Positions 17,730-29,800 of a DNA stretch of 46,806 nucleotides are shown here, in pieces (positions within the stretch are counted from its first letter, which is position 1; the number at the start of each line of letters is the position of its first letter). The stretch is from UHGV virus genome UHGV-1361067. The stretch is one strand, 5' to 3'. A program made the translations under genes and the position numbers. The notes beneath the pieces are model-generated. The model did no database searches. It was not told the origin of the DNA and saw nothing but the letters and a program-made list of their open reading frames with translations. Source of the stretch: a virus.

Positions 17730-18356
17730 ATGATTACAATAGAGGTTAAGAAATGGCTATCACCGTTAAGAAGTGCGAGGTTTGCGGAAATGAGTTTATC
17801 GGAACTGCAAAAGCAAGATTTTGCTCTGGGAAATGCAGAGTCAAACACCATAGGTGGAAGAAAAAGAATACCACGTGATGTTGTTTTGGATAGCTTAAAT
17901 TACAACCATGAAACAGGGGTTTTCATTAGAAATAAGACAGGTGGAGGTGTAAAAAAGGGTAGTGTTGCTGGCAGGAAAAAACATAACGGATACATAGAGA
18001 TAAGCATAAGCAATAAAAGATACTACGCGCATCGCTTGGCATGGTTGATTTATCATGGTTTCTGGCCTGAAGGTCAAATTGATCACATTAATGGTGTGCG
18101 TGACGATAACAGGATTTGCAACTTAAGAATCGCAACAAATATGCAGAATCAGTATAACGCTAAAAAGCCAAAAAATAACACATCAGGAGTTAAAGGTGTG
18201 TATTGGCAAAAACAGGTTAAAAAGTGGCAGGCTTACTGTGATGTTAACGGGAAAAGATACCATCTTGGGTTATTCAGTGATATTGAGAGAGCGCGGTTGT
18301 CTGTGATGAAATTCAGAGAAAAGATGCATAAAGAATTCTGTAACCACGGAGAGTGA
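17730..18356 (+). CDS. HNH homing endonuclease with AP2 domain (start uncertain)
   Basis: QIDHINGVRDDNRICNLRI plus SGVKGVYWQKQVKKWQAYCDV…LGLF. The N-terminal extension overlaps the Zn-ribbon ORF. An in-frame TTG at about 17890 (LDSLNYNHETG…) is an alternative start. Confidence 0.65.
   Translation: MITIEVKKWLSPLRSARFAEMSLSELQKQDFALGNAESNTIGGRKRIPRDVVLDSLNYNHETGVFIRNKTGGGVKKGSVAGRKKHNGYIEISISNKRYYAHRLAWLIYHGFWPEGQIDHINGVRDDNRICNLRIATNMQNQYNAKKPKNNTSGVKGVYWQKQVKKWQAYCDVNGKRYHLGLFSDIERARLSVMKFREKMHKEFCNHGE
17753..17878 (+). CDS. Small zinc-ribbon protein (41 aa), paralog of 13766-13918
   Basis: MAITVKKCEVCGNEFIGTAKARFCSGKCRVKHHRWKKKNTT*. The SD is conserved. Confidence 0.5.
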   Translation: MAITVKKCEVCGNEFIGTAKARFCSGKCRVKHHRWKKKNTT

Positions 18357-19315
18357 TGATGAGAGTTTATTTCAACAATGAGTTAAGCAATCAGGATTAT
18401 CATGCTGACAAAGAGCACATTAATGGTTCTGGGTTATGGAATATACTTGACAGATGCCCGGCAGCATGGCGCTATAAAGACGAAGAAGACGAGCAGTCAA
18501 AGGCGCTTGTTTTCGGCACCGGTAGCCATACCGCTCTGCTTGAGCCTGAGCGCTTCGAAGCAGAATATGCCCGCATGCCAGTTGTCGAAGATTTTCCAAA
18601 AGACAAAGATGGCAATCGCACGGTGCTGGTGACAGCTTCCGACATGAACTCATGGGCGAAAGAGCGCGGCATTAAAGGGCTTTCAGGTAAGACTAAAGCC
18701 GAAGTGATTAAAATTATTCAGGCCACTGGCGATACAGCGCAGATTTACGATGTTATCCGTGAAGAAGCAGAGAAGGCCGCTACTGGTAAATCAATGCTGG
18801 AAGGTGATGACTATGACGCCATCATGCAGATGCGCGCCGTAATCCATGCGAACAGCTATTACAGCAGCCTTCTTTCTGGTGCTTATTCCGAGGTGTCAAT
18901 TCTCGGTGATTTGCTTGGCGAACCATCAAAGGTGCGATTTGACTGCCTTACTCGCGGTGGCGACATCATCGACTACAAAACAGCGGTGAGCGCAAAGCCT
19001 GATGAGTTTTTCCGCCATGCAGCGCAGCTAGGGTACTTTATGAAGATGGCGATGCAACACGACATGTTTGTCGAGGCTTATGGGCATGCACCTCGCTCGG
19101 TAAATCTTCTGGTGCAGGAGAAGAAATCGCCATTCATCCCTGCGTTGATTCGTCTGACTGATGAACAGTTACGCATTGGTCGCATTCAACTGCGCAGCGC
19201 GATGGAAATCTATAAGGCATGCAAAAAAGCCAATTCATGGCCAGGTTACTCAATGGGTAATCCGGTCATCGAAATGGAAACTCCGGAATGGTTCAAAAAG
19301 CAATTTAACCTGTAA
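18353..19315 (+). CDS. PD-(D/E)xK recombination exonuclease (YqaJ/lambda-Exo-like)
   Basis: GGDIIDYKT motif. Sits upstream of ERF and SSB, in the position typical of recombination modules. Three consecutive ATGs (18353, 18356, 18359) could serve as the start. Confidence 0.55.
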   Translation: MMMRVYFNNELSNQDYHADKEHINGSGLWNILDRCPAAWRYKDEEDEQSKALVFGTGSHTALLEPERFEAEYARMPVVEDFPKDKDGNRTVLVTASDMNSWAKERGIKGLSGKTKAEVIKIIQATGDTAQIYDVIREEAEKAATGKSMLEGDDYDAIMQMRAVIHANSYYSSLLSGAYSEVSILGDLLGEPSKVRFDCLTRGGDIIDYKTAVSAKPDEFFRHAAQLGYFMKMAMQHDMFVEAYGHAPRSVNLLVQEKKSPFIPALIRLTDEQLRIGRIQLRSAMEIYKACKKANSWPGYSMGNPVIEMETPEWFKKQFNL

Positions 19316-19335
19316 TTTATAGTAAATGAGGTGAA

Positions 19336-19998
19336 GTGATGAAATTTTCAGAACAGAAAGCAAACCTGATTAAGGCTCTGGTAGAAGCGCGAAAGGTGAT
19401 GAGCAGCAGCGCTAAAAAGAACGCGCAAAACCCGCACCTTAAAAGCAACTACGCTAACCTTGAGTCATTCCTGAATGCCATCAGGCCAGCGCTTGAGGCT
19501 AACGGTCTTATCATTATCCAGAACGCCATTGAGAGCGATACGGTTGATGTTTTGAAGCTGGAAACAACAATCATGCATGAGTCTGGTGAATACATGTCTT
19601 CAGTTATGCCAATGCCAGTTGCCAAGAAAGACGCACAGGGCTATGGCTCTGCAATGACTTATGCGCGCCGCTACTCTATTGCGTCTATGTTCGGTATTGC
19701 GCAGGCTGATGACGATGGCAATGCCGCGCGGAAGTCTCCTAAAGATGCGGCCGCACTCATTCGTTCAGCAGCAAACATGGATGAGCTTACTGCCATTTAT
19801 GGTGAAGAATACAAATCATTTCGTGGTGATGACGCTGCCACTCGCGTAATCGTCGGCGCATACCAGGAAATGAAAGCGAAATTCATTGCTGGCGGCAGTG
19901 ATTTTAACCCGGCCAAACTCCAGAAAGCAGATGCGCCTGTGTCATCTGCAAACGAAGAGAAGCCATCAACATCTCAACAGAACATCGAAAACTTTTAA
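19336..19998 (+). CDS. ERF-family single-strand annealing protein
   Basis: ERF signatures: KSNYANLESFLNAIRPALEANGL and MTYARRYSIASMFGI. Confidence 0.75.
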   Translation: MMKFSEQKANLIKALVEARKVMSSSAKKNAQNPHLKSNYANLESFLNAIRPALEANGLIIIQNAIESDTVDVLKLETTIMHESGEYMSSVMPMPVAKKDAQGYGSAMTYARRYSIASMFGIAQADDDGNAARKSPKDAAALIRSAANMDELTAIYGEEYKSFRGDDAATRVIVGAYQEMKAKFIAGGSDFNPAKLQKADAPVSSANEEKPSTSQQNIENF

Positions 19999-20007
19999 GG
20001 GTAAATT

Positions 20008-20481
20008 ATGGCGACTCGCGGCGTAAACGAATGCACAATTATGGGGACACTCGGTAAGGATGCCGAGTTGAAAGAAATTAATGATAAATTTAACGTTATC
20101 AGACTTTCTCTGGCAGTAAATGAAACATGGAAGGATAAGCAATCAGGTCAGGACAAAGAAAAAACAGAATGGATACCTGTAGAAATCCATAACAGAAAAG
20201 GTCTGGTTCCTTACTTGCTGCGCGGGGCAAAAATCATGGTGCGTGGGCAGTTCACTACGCGCCAGTATGAAAAAGACGGGCAGACGCACTATGCATCATG
20301 CGTTACTGTTGGCATGTATGGTGATGTGCAATTCTGTGGTGGGAACCAACAATCACAGCAACGGCAACAGTCAGGAAGTAATCAGCAATCAGGATGGGGC
20401 AAACCCCAGCAACCATCAAACACATCAAAACCACCGGCAAACGAGCCGCCGATGGATTTTGATGATGATATTCCTTTTTGA
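20008..20481 (+). CDS. ssb: Single-stranded DNA-binding protein
   Basis: OB-fold N-terminal region, a Q/G-rich linker and an acidic C-terminal tip DFDDDIPF. Confidence 0.85.
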   Translation: MATRGVNECTIMGTLGKDAELKEINDKFNVIRLSLAVNETWKDKQSGQDKEKTEWIPVEIHNRKGLVPYLLRGAKIMVRGQFTTRQYEKDGQTHYASCVTVGMYGDVQFCGGNQQSQQRQQSGSNQQSGWGKPQQPSNTSKPPANEPPMDFDDDIPF

Positions 20482-20485
20482 TGAA

Positions 20486-20510
20486 GAAAGGGCCTTGCGG
20501 CCCTTTTTAA
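20486..20510. terminator. Bidirectional terminator AAGGGCC-ttgc-GGCCCTT + T-run
   Basis: Hairpin between convergent ssb (+) and the 84-aa ORF (-). Confidence 0.6.
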
Positions 20511-20765
20511 TTATATTTCAGAAACGCCATTATCTTTTCGCAGGGCGTTTATCGACTCCAGTAATTCAGGATATCGGACGCATAAGCCCCGTATGTAGTC
20601 GTAGAAAAAATCATTTCGTCCTTTATTCTCGCCTTTTATGCTCTGGAAAGCAGAAAAAACATCATCCTTACTATTTCCAGACAAAAAAGCGGTGACAATA
20701 TCATCAACGCTGAATCCGGAGTAACCCGCTATTGGTAAAACAAAATTAATATTCATGACGTCCAC
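20511..20765 (-). CDS. Hypothetical protein (last gene of the late operon)
   Basis: 84-aa ORF downstream of the tail-fibre gene. Confidence 0.4.
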   Translation of the reverse strand: MDVMNINFVLPIAGYSGFSVDDIVTAFLSGNSKDDVFSAFQSIKGENKGRNDFFYDYIRGLCVRYPELLESINALRKDNGVSEI

Positions 20766-23017
20766 CTTGCAAAAATCTGAATAGACCGGTTTACTGCTGC
20801 CGTGAGTTTCAAAGCCGGAGCTGAGTTAGCTGGCCAAGTCATTGCCAAAGTTTCGCTAGATATGGCATGTGATGCGCTATACGCCACAACTTTCAACGCG
20901 TCAGCGGAAGCGACCGTGCCCTTTAACACCTTAGTTGAGAATTTAGTCCCTTGATAACTCGCCCCATCCGCGAGTCTTAAACCCGCGTCGATCTCAATAA
21001 CGCCATGGAAAGGGGACAAGCCACGGCTAATACCTATTTGATACGCTACACCAGGAGTGCAATTAAGCAGGATCTCAGACCACATATATGTACCTTGTGA
21101 ATAAGTAAGACCGGTGCCTAATGGGCCAGATTTTTCCCCGAAAGATAGTGTGTTAAAACGAGGTACTGATGGCCTGAAATCGTGCGATGAAATATCATTC
21201 TCAAGAGTCACCTCACCGGCAGCAAAAGACCCGCTCGCGGTAAGCTTTAAACCGGTATAAGTGCCGACGTTGCCAAGAGATAGCCGTCTAAGATCGTTTA
21301 ATCCATACTCAAAAACGCCAGCAGACGCCGGGGCGCTGTTATTTTCAACGCGGACCGCGTGAGCTTTAGTATCTGTCTGGTCGCCATGTAGGCAAAATAT
21401 CGCGCGGAAATTGGAGGCAAGGTTGCCGTTTACAGTACCAATCTCGGAGTCATACACCGAGCAAGTGGGGCCGCAAACAAAAGCATACCGGTTTCCTGAA
21501 ATAATCATAGGACCTATCTGGGTCCTTGCAAATGAGTTTTGCCCGGTATTAGCACCACTTATGTATTCGCGATTGAATCGAATAGCTTCGCGGTTATTAG
21601 CGGACTTAAGCATAAGTATACGGTTATTCTCTGACCATACAGCCATATTAAGCATATGTACCGCTGGGCCGTAAAAACCATCAATTCCGGTCACGCCAGC
21701 TAACAGCGCGTGGTTAAGGTCTTCGCAGCGCAGACCGCCAAAAGCATTCGAATTTTTGTTTACTATACGAAGGTTGTTAACGATTAAGCTGCCGTGGGTT
21801 ATCGCGGTCCCCGCCTGCTTAAACAATATAGGGTAAAACGCCTCTCGAATATCAACCTCTTTAACAACGCAAGCGGTCGGCGTCACCGAATACGTATCAT
21901 CCCTTAACTCCAAAACGTGGCTGGTAGCCGTGGCTGTAAATGCTGCATACCTTGCAGAGGGACCGGATTCATTGGAATTCGATATCGCCACACCGTCAAT
22001 CCGCACGCGAAGAGTACCGGTCGAGGTATACGTTTCAGAAACAACGCTAACCGCGTATTTTTTCCCTACAGTCAGCCCGGTTAATGTTATGCTGGCGGAT
22101 GCTTGCGCGGCAGTAGTACCAGCAAAAACAAGCGTCGACCCCGATAAAGTCACCCCATTAACCAGGTTCCATCCGGAAAATGCCGTGTCATTTAAAATCA
22201 GAGATCCGCCATAAGACATAATCTCGGCGCCACTAAAATCGATATATTTATTAGCCTCATTCTCGCTGGCCGTCTTATTCACGGTCACTGTTGCGTTGAG
22301 TGCGTACTGTCCCCTACCACCCATTGACATCCCGGCAGCGCCGCGGGTGACCATCTCATTAACACATCTCTGAAAAGCCGCGTAATCTATGGATTGCGTT
22401 AATGATGTTACAAACGGGTAATCTACCTGAGCAAGTGCAAGCGAGGCGTATCTTTCAGACAATGGATGCACCGTGCCGTCGGCAATAGCTCCGAAATCGT
22501 AAGGAGTCATCTGGAAATTCAGCTTATAACCTACGGTGCCGCGGTTAAATGCCTGTAAAATGCTGTAACCGATAAGCCCTGGCCCCGTAACCGCGGCCAT
22601 TTCCTGCCGTAGTGCTGCATCCCCTACGCTTACGAAATGCAGTGAGTCCGCGGCCCATGTTGTGGAGTTGGTGCCCGTCGTGGTGAAAGGCGGCGTGGTT
22701 GATGCATTCAGCCGCCACAATTCACCATTGTAGCGTAAGACTTGATTAATGGACGATAGCGTTATAATCCCGGAGGTATAATCCCCCATAAATTGATAAC
22801 CAGAACTCAAAATGAATTGATTAAAAGAATTCTGTTGGTTGGTCATCTGAGTTTCAAAATGATTATTCCTGCCTGTATTCGTCAGCCTCTGCGCGCTGAA
22901 TCGGTCAGTGTAGTAATCAGCACTGCCATTGACTTCTTCATCAATCTTCCCGGCGTTAAACTTCAGGTCACGCGGGTCTTCAGAAGGAATTGGATTGTTA
23001 GTTGGGGTAGTAGCCAT
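20753..23017 (-). CDS. Tail fibre / tailspike protein
   Basis: About 754 aa from the ATG at 23017 (MATTPTNNPIPSEDPRDLKFNAGK…). Conserved fibre N-terminal anchor. The G/S/T/N-rich beta-rich body is typical of receptor-binding proteins. Confidence 0.7.
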   Translation of the reverse strand: MATTPTNNPIPSEDPRDLKFNAGKIDEEVNGSADYYTDRFSAQRLTNTGRNNHFETQMTNQQNSFNQFILSSGYQFMGDYTSGIITLSSINQVLRYNGELWRLNASTTPPFTTTGTNSTTWAADSLHFVSVGDAALRQEMAAVTGPGLIGYSILQAFNRGTVGYKLNFQMTPYDFGAIADGTVHPLSERYASLALAQVDYPFVTSLTQSIDYAAFQRCVNEMVTRGAAGMSMGGRGQYALNATVTVNKTASENEANKYIDFSGAEIMSYGGSLILNDTAFSGWNLVNGVTLSGSTLVFAGTTAAQASASITLTGLTVGKKYAVSVVSETYTSTGTLRVRIDGVAISNSNESGPSARYAAFTATATSHVLELRDDTYSVTPTACVVKEVDIREAFYPILFKQAGTAITHGSLIVNNLRIVNKNSNAFGGLRCEDLNHALLAGVTGIDGFYGPAVHMLNMAVWSENNRILMLKSANNREAIRFNREYISGANTGQNSFARTQIGPMIISGNRYAFVCGPTCSVYDSEIGTVNGNLASNFRAIFCLHGDQTDTKAHAVRVENNSAPASAGVFEYGLNDLRRLSLGNVGTYTGLKLTASGSFAAGEVTLENDISSHDFRPSVPRFNTLSFGEKSGPLGTGLTYSQGTYMWSEILLNCTPGVAYQIGISRGLSPFHGVIEIDAGLRLADGASYQGTKFSTKVLKGTVASADALKVVAYSASHAISSETLAMTWPANSAPALKLTAAVNRSIQIFARWTS

Positions 23018-23055
23018 CGGCTGCAATCTCCGCAATTATTGATTGCCCTATTGTA

Positions 23056-25536
23056 TCATGCAACAGGGTTGGTGTAGGCGTACATGGCATCGCTGTATTC
23101 GGTTACGGTGAGAGAAACTGTGCCATCTGTGCCTGGAGTTTTCTGGCTGACTGTCCATAACGTTGAGTCAAGCTCAACCTCTGTGGAGATGGCATATCTT
23201 GATTCTGACTGAACATTAACACCATCAAAAATGTTTAACTCGAAGTCAGATGGTAATGCACACTCGAATGTATTCAATCCAGTAACGGTGCAAGCGAGAC
23301 GCTCTGACACACTCCCGTTTGCGCCGGTGATAACCACAAAAAGGCTACTTCCTGCCGTGAGCTGTTCACTGGTTGTAAATACGTTTCCAGACCTTGAGCG
23401 GATAACACCTGTTTGTTGTACTGAATCATAAATGTCGACAACGGAAATCATATCGCCAACGTTTACCCACTCGCCATCAGCAAGCGCCTTTATCTCCATT
23501 CCGCGACGTGAGTACATGAGGCGATTGCACTCAAGCATGGCCCGATCTGTTGCCTGATACAGATTTCGAACATATAACATGTCGAATTTTTTCGGCTTAG
23601 TCGGTTCTCCCGGTTCGATACCAGATGTTCCAACTTTATAATAAACGTAAGCCTGTTTGTTGGTGTTTGGGTCGCGGTATTGAACACTTACGCCATCATA
23701 TGACCCTGGCAAAGTCATATCATAAGACATTTTATAGCCATCGGCCTGCGTATTTCTGGTATTGAACACGGTTTCAGGAGTTGATTTTTGCTCATCCCTT
23801 GAGAAAGACAAGACGCCATCATCCCAAAACACGGTTACACGCGCTGCATCACATATGGTCTGAATTCGTTCACCGATCGATTTATCCTCATCGTCAAATG
23901 TGTAATCAAAATACCCAAGACGCTCATCAGGCAGTGCGTCAGCTATTTCATAGAGTCTTACCACGTCAATAGTGCTTTCAGGTTGACCAGCAGTAATAAT
24001 CCAGTTATGCAGCACTGAATCCGCAAAACTTCTCGATGGTCTTAACGCATAGTCGACTGCCCCCGTTGTTCTGTTATATCCAATAGTCCAGCGGGTAATC
24101 AGCGCATTATATTTGCGCTCAGTGACTGATGTGGGCTGAAGCGTGGCCTTTACCGTCACTTTAACAAGGGTGTCATCAGGATAAACCACATTCTCGCGGA
24201 TGTTGATGGCGTGCGCTGCCTGCAACGTTACGCGGTTGCCAGAGTTTGAGTTATTTGTCCTTTCAATGCTGATGGCGTACTTCGCCACCCCATAAGCTGG
24301 AGTAAACTTATACGTGCGATAGTAGGTTTTTGTTGTCTGAGTAAATGGGTTGTCAATGCTGTCTGCGAGCTGCTCCTCAGTTCCTGGAATGGCATCCCCA
24401 TTATCATCAACCGCCCATACCTTGATCAGATAATCTGCCGTGCCACTGGTAGGGCCAAGCTCAGACTGAACGTGAACCCAAACCTGCGTAGACTCCACGG
24501 CTCCAACATATGGGCCAACAACAAGCGCCTCATTATCCACAATCTGGAAATAAGTATTATTGATGGTTGCGCCGCTCAGGTTTCCAAGATTTGCGCCAGT
24601 CAGGTTATTGAAGGTGAAATTATAAAAATACTGAATATCAGGCGCAGTTCCTGTCTCAGTTTCCTCGGCGGAAATGATGTTGCCGCTAAGCTCAATGTTT
24701 TTGGTTACAGTACCTGACGTTGTGCTGTAAGTTATATTTATTGTTAATGTTACTGAATGAGGAAGAGACAGCCCCATAAAGTAATCGAAATCGGTGTTTT
24801 TTGGTATGACCATCAACAGCTGACCGCCAGCATAATCACCACTGGTAACAGATGTTGTGGTCGCTGTCTCTATCGGGGTATCTTCTGATTCGTTCAGTCC
24901 TGGAACCTCCTGACCATCAAGCCCGTCGAACTGGTAAGGCTCAATGATTTGTCCAATCACGTCACCTGGATTGTAGATGACGTGCGTCGCCCCGGGCAGA
25001 GAGCCGAGGTTGGTTTCCGCGTAGCGAACCGAAGAAATGGTGTATTTCCCAAGGCCAAAGTTCATGAACTCAGTGACGTACTTCAGATCGTCAATGTATT
25101 CAAAAAGCGATTCCTGAATCAGGTCAGGGAATGCCCTTATCTGACCGAAGTTGTCAGGTCTTGCCTCTCCATTTCGCGCAATATTGGTTTGAGATTTCAG
25201 GCTGTTATTGGGTGATTCAACCGTAGCACCAGTGCTGGTTGATGGCGTTGATGCTTTTGGCAGCAGAAAAGAAAGAACCTTAGTTACAGGCTTGAGTATC
25301 GTGCTGATAAGGTCGCCAATGGCGCCGCGAGGCTGGCAGTAAATGTTAACAATATCGTTTTGCTTTAACGATATCGACAATTCATCATCAGGGCCAAAAA
25401 TGCGGCCATTCAGTGCAATCCTGATGTCAGATGGAAGACCGGAATTCTCCAGCCATCTCCACAGATTAGTGCCAGCAGGAACATTACCCGTCTCTTTTGG
25501 AACTCCTGGCATCTTCTGAATGTGAATAACCGGCAT
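23056..25536 (-). CDS. Tail tip / host-specificity protein (lambda J-like)
   Basis: 826-aa ORF following the K/L/M-like genes in lambda order. Confidence 0.6.
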   Translation of the reverse strand: MPVIHIQKMPGVPKETGNVPAGTNLWRWLENSGLPSDIRIALNGRIFGPDDELSISLKQNDIVNIYCQPRGAIGDLISTILKPVTKVLSFLLPKASTPSTSTGATVESPNNSLKSQTNIARNGEARPDNFGQIRAFPDLIQESLFEYIDDLKYVTEFMNFGLGKYTISSVRYAETNLGSLPGATHVIYNPGDVIGQIIEPYQFDGLDGQEVPGLNESEDTPIETATTTSVTSGDYAGGQLLMVIPKNTDFDYFMGLSLPHSVTLTINITYSTTSGTVTKNIELSGNIISAEETETGTAPDIQYFYNFTFNNLTGANLGNLSGATINNTYFQIVDNEALVVGPYVGAVESTQVWVHVQSELGPTSGTADYLIKVWAVDDNGDAIPGTEEQLADSIDNPFTQTTKTYYRTYKFTPAYGVAKYAISIERTNNSNSGNRVTLQAAHAINIRENVVYPDDTLVKVTVKATLQPTSVTERKYNALITRWTIGYNRTTGAVDYALRPSRSFADSVLHNWIITAGQPESTIDVVRLYEIADALPDERLGYFDYTFDDEDKSIGERIQTICDAARVTVFWDDGVLSFSRDEQKSTPETVFNTRNTQADGYKMSYDMTLPGSYDGVSVQYRDPNTNKQAYVYYKVGTSGIEPGEPTKPKKFDMLYVRNLYQATDRAMLECNRLMYSRRGMEIKALADGEWVNVGDMISVVDIYDSVQQTGVIRSRSGNVFTTSEQLTAGSSLFVVITGANGSVSERLACTVTGLNTFECALPSDFELNIFDGVNVQSESRYAISTEVELDSTLWTVSQKTPGTDGTVSLTVTEYSDAMYAYTNPVA

Positions 25537-25942
25537 AAGTCAGGAACCTTAATTTTGTTGATAATTTTTCGAGTGTTTTAAGGCGGTCTGTCTTGACTGC
25601 CGTTTTCTCTCGCGCATGCAGTATTTTATCACGACCCCACCATAGCGCGACATGTACCGGGTGACTCCCGCGATAGGCAACCACCACATCGCCAGTTTTG
25701 GGATGGTCGGTGTCTTTCCAGAATGAAACTTCCCCATTGAAGCAAGTGGCAAAATCTCCGCCATTTGAATATGAATCATCATGATGGACATTAACATTCA
25801 TGCAAAGACGATAGAAAAGCACCACCAGACCCCAGCAGTCAACTGCATCAACGTGACAGCATCTGTCAACGTATGGCTTGCCAGACATCATTCTTTCAAA
25901 ATCGTCAAACGGTACGCAGTCCGGGAAATTCTGTGATGTCAT
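25484..25942 (-). CDS. Tail assembly protein K-like (NlpC/P60 peptidase)
   Basis: Catalytic Cys context [10 protein letters not shown] and a downstream His, typical of NlpC/P60. Lambda gene order L-K-J. Confidence 0.55.
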   Translation of the reverse strand: MTSQNFPDCVPFDDFERMMSGKPYVDRCCHVDAVDCWGLVVLFYRLCMNVNVHHDDSYSNGGDFATCFNGEVSFWKDTDHPKTGDVVVAYRGSHPVHVALWWGRDKILHAREKTAVKTDRLKTLEKLSTKLRFLTYAGYSHSEDARSSKRDG

Positions 25943-26375
25943 AAAGTTTTGCCACGTTGCCATTGATTGGGTTTTTTATAGATATGGAGACAGTTACATC
26001 AGACTGATCAAGCGTCACATCGTTAACATAAAGCGTATATGGTTTTAATGGTGTGTTTTTGTCAGTCTCGTCAAAACGCTGGTATAACGCAGTGATAGGC
26101 TCAATGCGTCCAGAACCTGACCATAACTTTAAATATTGCTTAAAGTCATTTGCCAGTCTCGCAAACTTCAGCGTGGCATTGATTACCGGCGTGTTCGATT
26201 GCTGGCTTCTGGTTACATCCATACGCACTGGCTGGTAAGTCTGACCGCCAAGTACAATATCAGAAAACTCATTGCCAACTAGCCGGACATAACCAAATGA
26301 AGAATGATAAAAGGTTATGGTGTCATACAGCTTCCAGTTTGGCCTTTTTGACTGGTATTCACGCAATGTTGGCAT
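25905..26375 (-). CDS. Minor tail protein L-like
   Basis: 156 aa, between the M-like and K-like genes. Called by position. Confidence 0.5.
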   Translation of the reverse strand: MPTLREYQSKRPNWKLYDTITFYHSSFGYVRLVGNEFSDIVLGGQTYQPVRMDVTRSQQSNTPVINATLKFARLANDFKQYLKLWSGSGRIEPITALYQRFDETDKNTPLKPYTLYVNDVTLDQSDVTVSISIKNPINGNVAKLYDITEFPGLRTV

Positions 26376-26845
26376 TATGGATACTCCGGCAAATCCCTGT
26401 TAACGACTTCATCAAGCCATGAATACCATCTCTCATCAAGCTCAACAAGCACATCATCAAACTCATCCATGGAGTTATTGAGGGTTTTACAGATGACATT
26501 TCCAGTCCATGTGACGATGCCGCCATTAATGCTTGTCTGCACGGGGTAATCAGTAAAGTGCAAAGTCTGATTCTGTAATCCGCTGCCACCAAGATCGATA
26601 TCCATCGTGAACCATTCATTGCAATGGTTTAGGTAGTTTGGGCTCCTCAACCACTGGATAAATGCTCTCTCCTGCCTGAGTGTAAGGACCCACGTAAGGC
26701 TCCATGTTACCGCGACGTCTGTCGTTAACTTTTGAAAAATCGGCGCCCCAACCGCAGGCTGATCACTGCGGAATGGGGTTTGAGTAGTCATGTTCTTGCT
26801 GGCACGCTGCGCAAGCGGTAGCCATGATGGGTAAGCTATAGCCAT
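26375..26845 (-). CDS. Minor tail protein M-like
   Basis: Immediately downstream of the tape measure (TAATG overlap). Called by position. Confidence 0.45.
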   Translation of the reverse strand: MAIAYPSWLPLAQRASKNMTTQTPFRSDQPAVGAPIFQKLTTDVAVTWSLTWVLTLRQERAFIQWLRSPNYLNHCNEWFTMDIDLGGSGLQNQTLHFTDYPVQTSINGGIVTWTGNVICKTLNNSMDEFDDVLVELDERWYSWLDEVVNRDLPEYP

Positions 26846-29800
26846 TATTCTGTCGCCCTTCTGGTTGCAGTGGTGTGACTGGTAATCGCGTTTGAGATCG
26901 GGCCTCCAGCCTCGATATCTGCCACAATCGTCTCAATTGTAACAGACCCGTCACCATTATCTCTCGCTGTTGATGATGCTGTTGCTCCGCTGCTGTTATT
27001 GATGACATTATTATTAATCACAATACCACCGCCGCTGCCGGTAAGGTCTTTGTTGCTGATAACCCTCCCTGAATCTCCAGGAATCATGTATTGATGTCCA
27101 TTTGAAGCCTGGAATATCTCAGGTAGGTTGTTCTCGCCAACTCTGTACATTGATCCAGCCTGCGCAGGGCCACCATTCTTTAATGCCCCGGCAACAGACA
27201 TTGCTTTAGCCACACCAACCGTAGAAGCAATACCAGCCTGAGCTGGGATTGCGTTAGCTCCAGATGTAGCAAGCGAGGTCATCGCTGCTGCTGGCGCCAT
27301 AGCCGCTGCTATTCCTGCCGCCTGAGCGGCGGTTGCGGCAGATGCTGCTGCCATTCCTGCCTGTCCCATGATTACTGATTTAAGCCACTCCACGCCCATC
27401 TGAACGAATGAGTTAATCACGGCGTTTAACACAGTGCTGCCAATTGACTGTAGCGCCTCGCTAACAGACATTGAACCAGTCAGGATGCCAGTTAAGGCAT
27501 TACTTGCAGTTTGTCCAAAAGCATCAAATGCAGCAGCAGCCGCCTGCGTAGCCGCATTCTGCTGACTCCACTCCTGCCACATGGCATCAAGGCGCTGCTG
27601 GCGGTATTGCTCCTCAATTGCTGCTCTGGCCTGCTCAACCTCCGCTATCTTTTGCGGGTAAGCTACTGCGTAAGCATTAAGCGCTGCTAAATCCTTCTGA
27701 TAGTTTGTTTCAACGGCAAACATTGGTGATGTCTGCGATTTTAATGCAGCGAATCCTTTTACAGCTTCGACCCTTTGTTTCTCCGCCTCTGCCTGAGCCT
27801 TTATCGCGTTGGCATTATCCCATGCCTTAGCCTTGTACTCTCCAGCGAGCCTTATTTGCTCCTCTGTGGCGCCTTTTCCTAATGATTGTTGTGCCTGTAG
27901 TATTGCTTGCTCTCGACTTAGCTCTCTTGTGCTATCTGCTGTTAGCAATGATTCTTGCCGCAGTTGCTCAAGTTTGTTGGCGATATTCTCCTGCTCTGTG
28001 GCGGCTTTTTGGGCCGCTGATTGAGAATCATTTTGCGCTTTTTCTCTTGCTTTCTCAGCCTCAGTTAAATCATATATCTGACCTGCAAGCTCAGCAGCTC
28101 TGGCTATCTGATTGGGGTTATCAGTTACCTTAGCTGCCTCCATTCTCGCCTTTGTTACTGCCCTTTGTCTTTCATCCTGTATTTTTAAAAGTTGGTTTTG
28201 CTCCTCAAGATTGAGGATTATCTTGTCAGCTTCTTCTGTTGGGGGCGACACTTGCAAGGATTTTGGGTTGAAGTTTTGGCCTGCCTGATTTGCTCGGTTT
28301 ATCTCATCGGCAGTCAGGCCAAATGCTCTTGCTACAGCGCCCTGCACCCTTTCAAGCGTTGATCCCTTCTCAATCAGGCTGTCATGCACACCCATAGACG
28401 TGAGCATGTTGTTTGTAAGGGTTCTGCGTGCTTCAGATGCGGCTTCCTGAGTTCTTGCTAGTTTTTCCTTGGCGTTCGCAAGGTCGCGCGATTTTTGATT
28501 CAGTTCATCAGTTTTATCTGATGCGATTTTTAGTAACCCGTTTCCTTGCTCTATTGTTGTTCCGAATAGCTTTCCTCTTGCGGTATAGTCATCAATCTCA
28601 CCTTTAAGTTTATCAATGCTGTCTTCAAGATCCCTTACATATTCCTCTTGTGCCTGAATAGACTTATTAGCGTCGGCAATTACCCCCCTTAGCTGGGTGT
28701 TATTCATCGCCTTCATTGACTCGTTAACTTGATCCAAGCTATCAGCAAAGCGAATGGATTCTTCTCTGGCCTGCTGCGCTTTTTGCCAGAAGTAGAAAAT
28801 TGCCCCCGCTGCTAACGTCGCCGCTCCTGCTGGGCCGCCTATCAATGAAAGCGCCCCTCTGGCAAGGCCAACCCCTACCGAAGCTGCTCTGGCCGCAGAT
28901 GCCGCTCTCGCTGATGCCGCGGCCTGTGCGTTTTCAGCTTGCGCCAAAGACAATGATGCGGCGCTCGCTCTGGACTTTGCAGCTATAAGAGCATCAAGAG
29001 CCAGCGCCTCGGCTGCACTGCCTTTTGCTACGTTATATTCAGCCTGGGCAAGTGCGACAGATGATAGTGCCGCCTCTTTATCAGCGAAAGCTTTTCTCTG
29101 GGTGGCATTGGCGGCAAAGAGTGCAGATTGTGCCTGCTGATTCTCAGCTATTAATTGCTGTCTTGATGCCGCTATATCTGATATTTTCGCGGCAGTGGAC
29201 ATTGCCAGCGCGCCAACATACCGACTTCCCATTATGCCAGCTACAATGATAAGGGCGCCGCTCAGCGTCTCAAGGTTCTCACTTATTGTGATGACAGAGT
29301 CTCGGAACCCTGCTGCAAATGATTTAACCGTCGAGTTTTCGCCAAAGAACTTCGTTACGTTGTTACCGGCTACCTGCAATCCCTTGGCGATTGAGACGGT
29401 GGTGTTGGCAAATTCTTTGCCGATTGCATCCCCTTGTGACAGAAGCCCCTTAACTACAACGTCTGTTGTTAGCTGCCCCTGAGCGGCCATAGCCCTCAAC
29501 TGACCGATAGAAACACCCATCGAATCAGCCAGAGCTACCATGAGGCGGCTGCCTTGCTCTGACACTGAGTTAAACTCCTCGCCGCGCAGAACGCCGGAAG
29601 CGATACCCTGTGATAGCTGAATGATTGCGTTCTCAGCTTCCTGAGCTGTTGCACCGGATACTGCAAACCCCTGGTTGATAATAGTGGTCAGGCGGACTAA
29701 ATCTTCCGCGCTGGTGTTGTACGCCCTGGTTCCTCGCTCAAGTCTGGCGTAAAGAGTCGCCGTGCCGTTAAGGGATGACTGGGTTGCTTGTGAAACATCA

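Noticed and set aside
17853-17870. A AAA AAG-type -1 slippery site between the zinc-ribbon ORF and the HNH gene (copy 2)
   Set aside because: The HNH frame is +1, not -1, relative to the zinc-ribbon frame. The A-run is also not in the X XXY YYZ register, so classical -1 PRF does not fit. A +1 or re-initiation mechanism was kept as the hypothesis instead.
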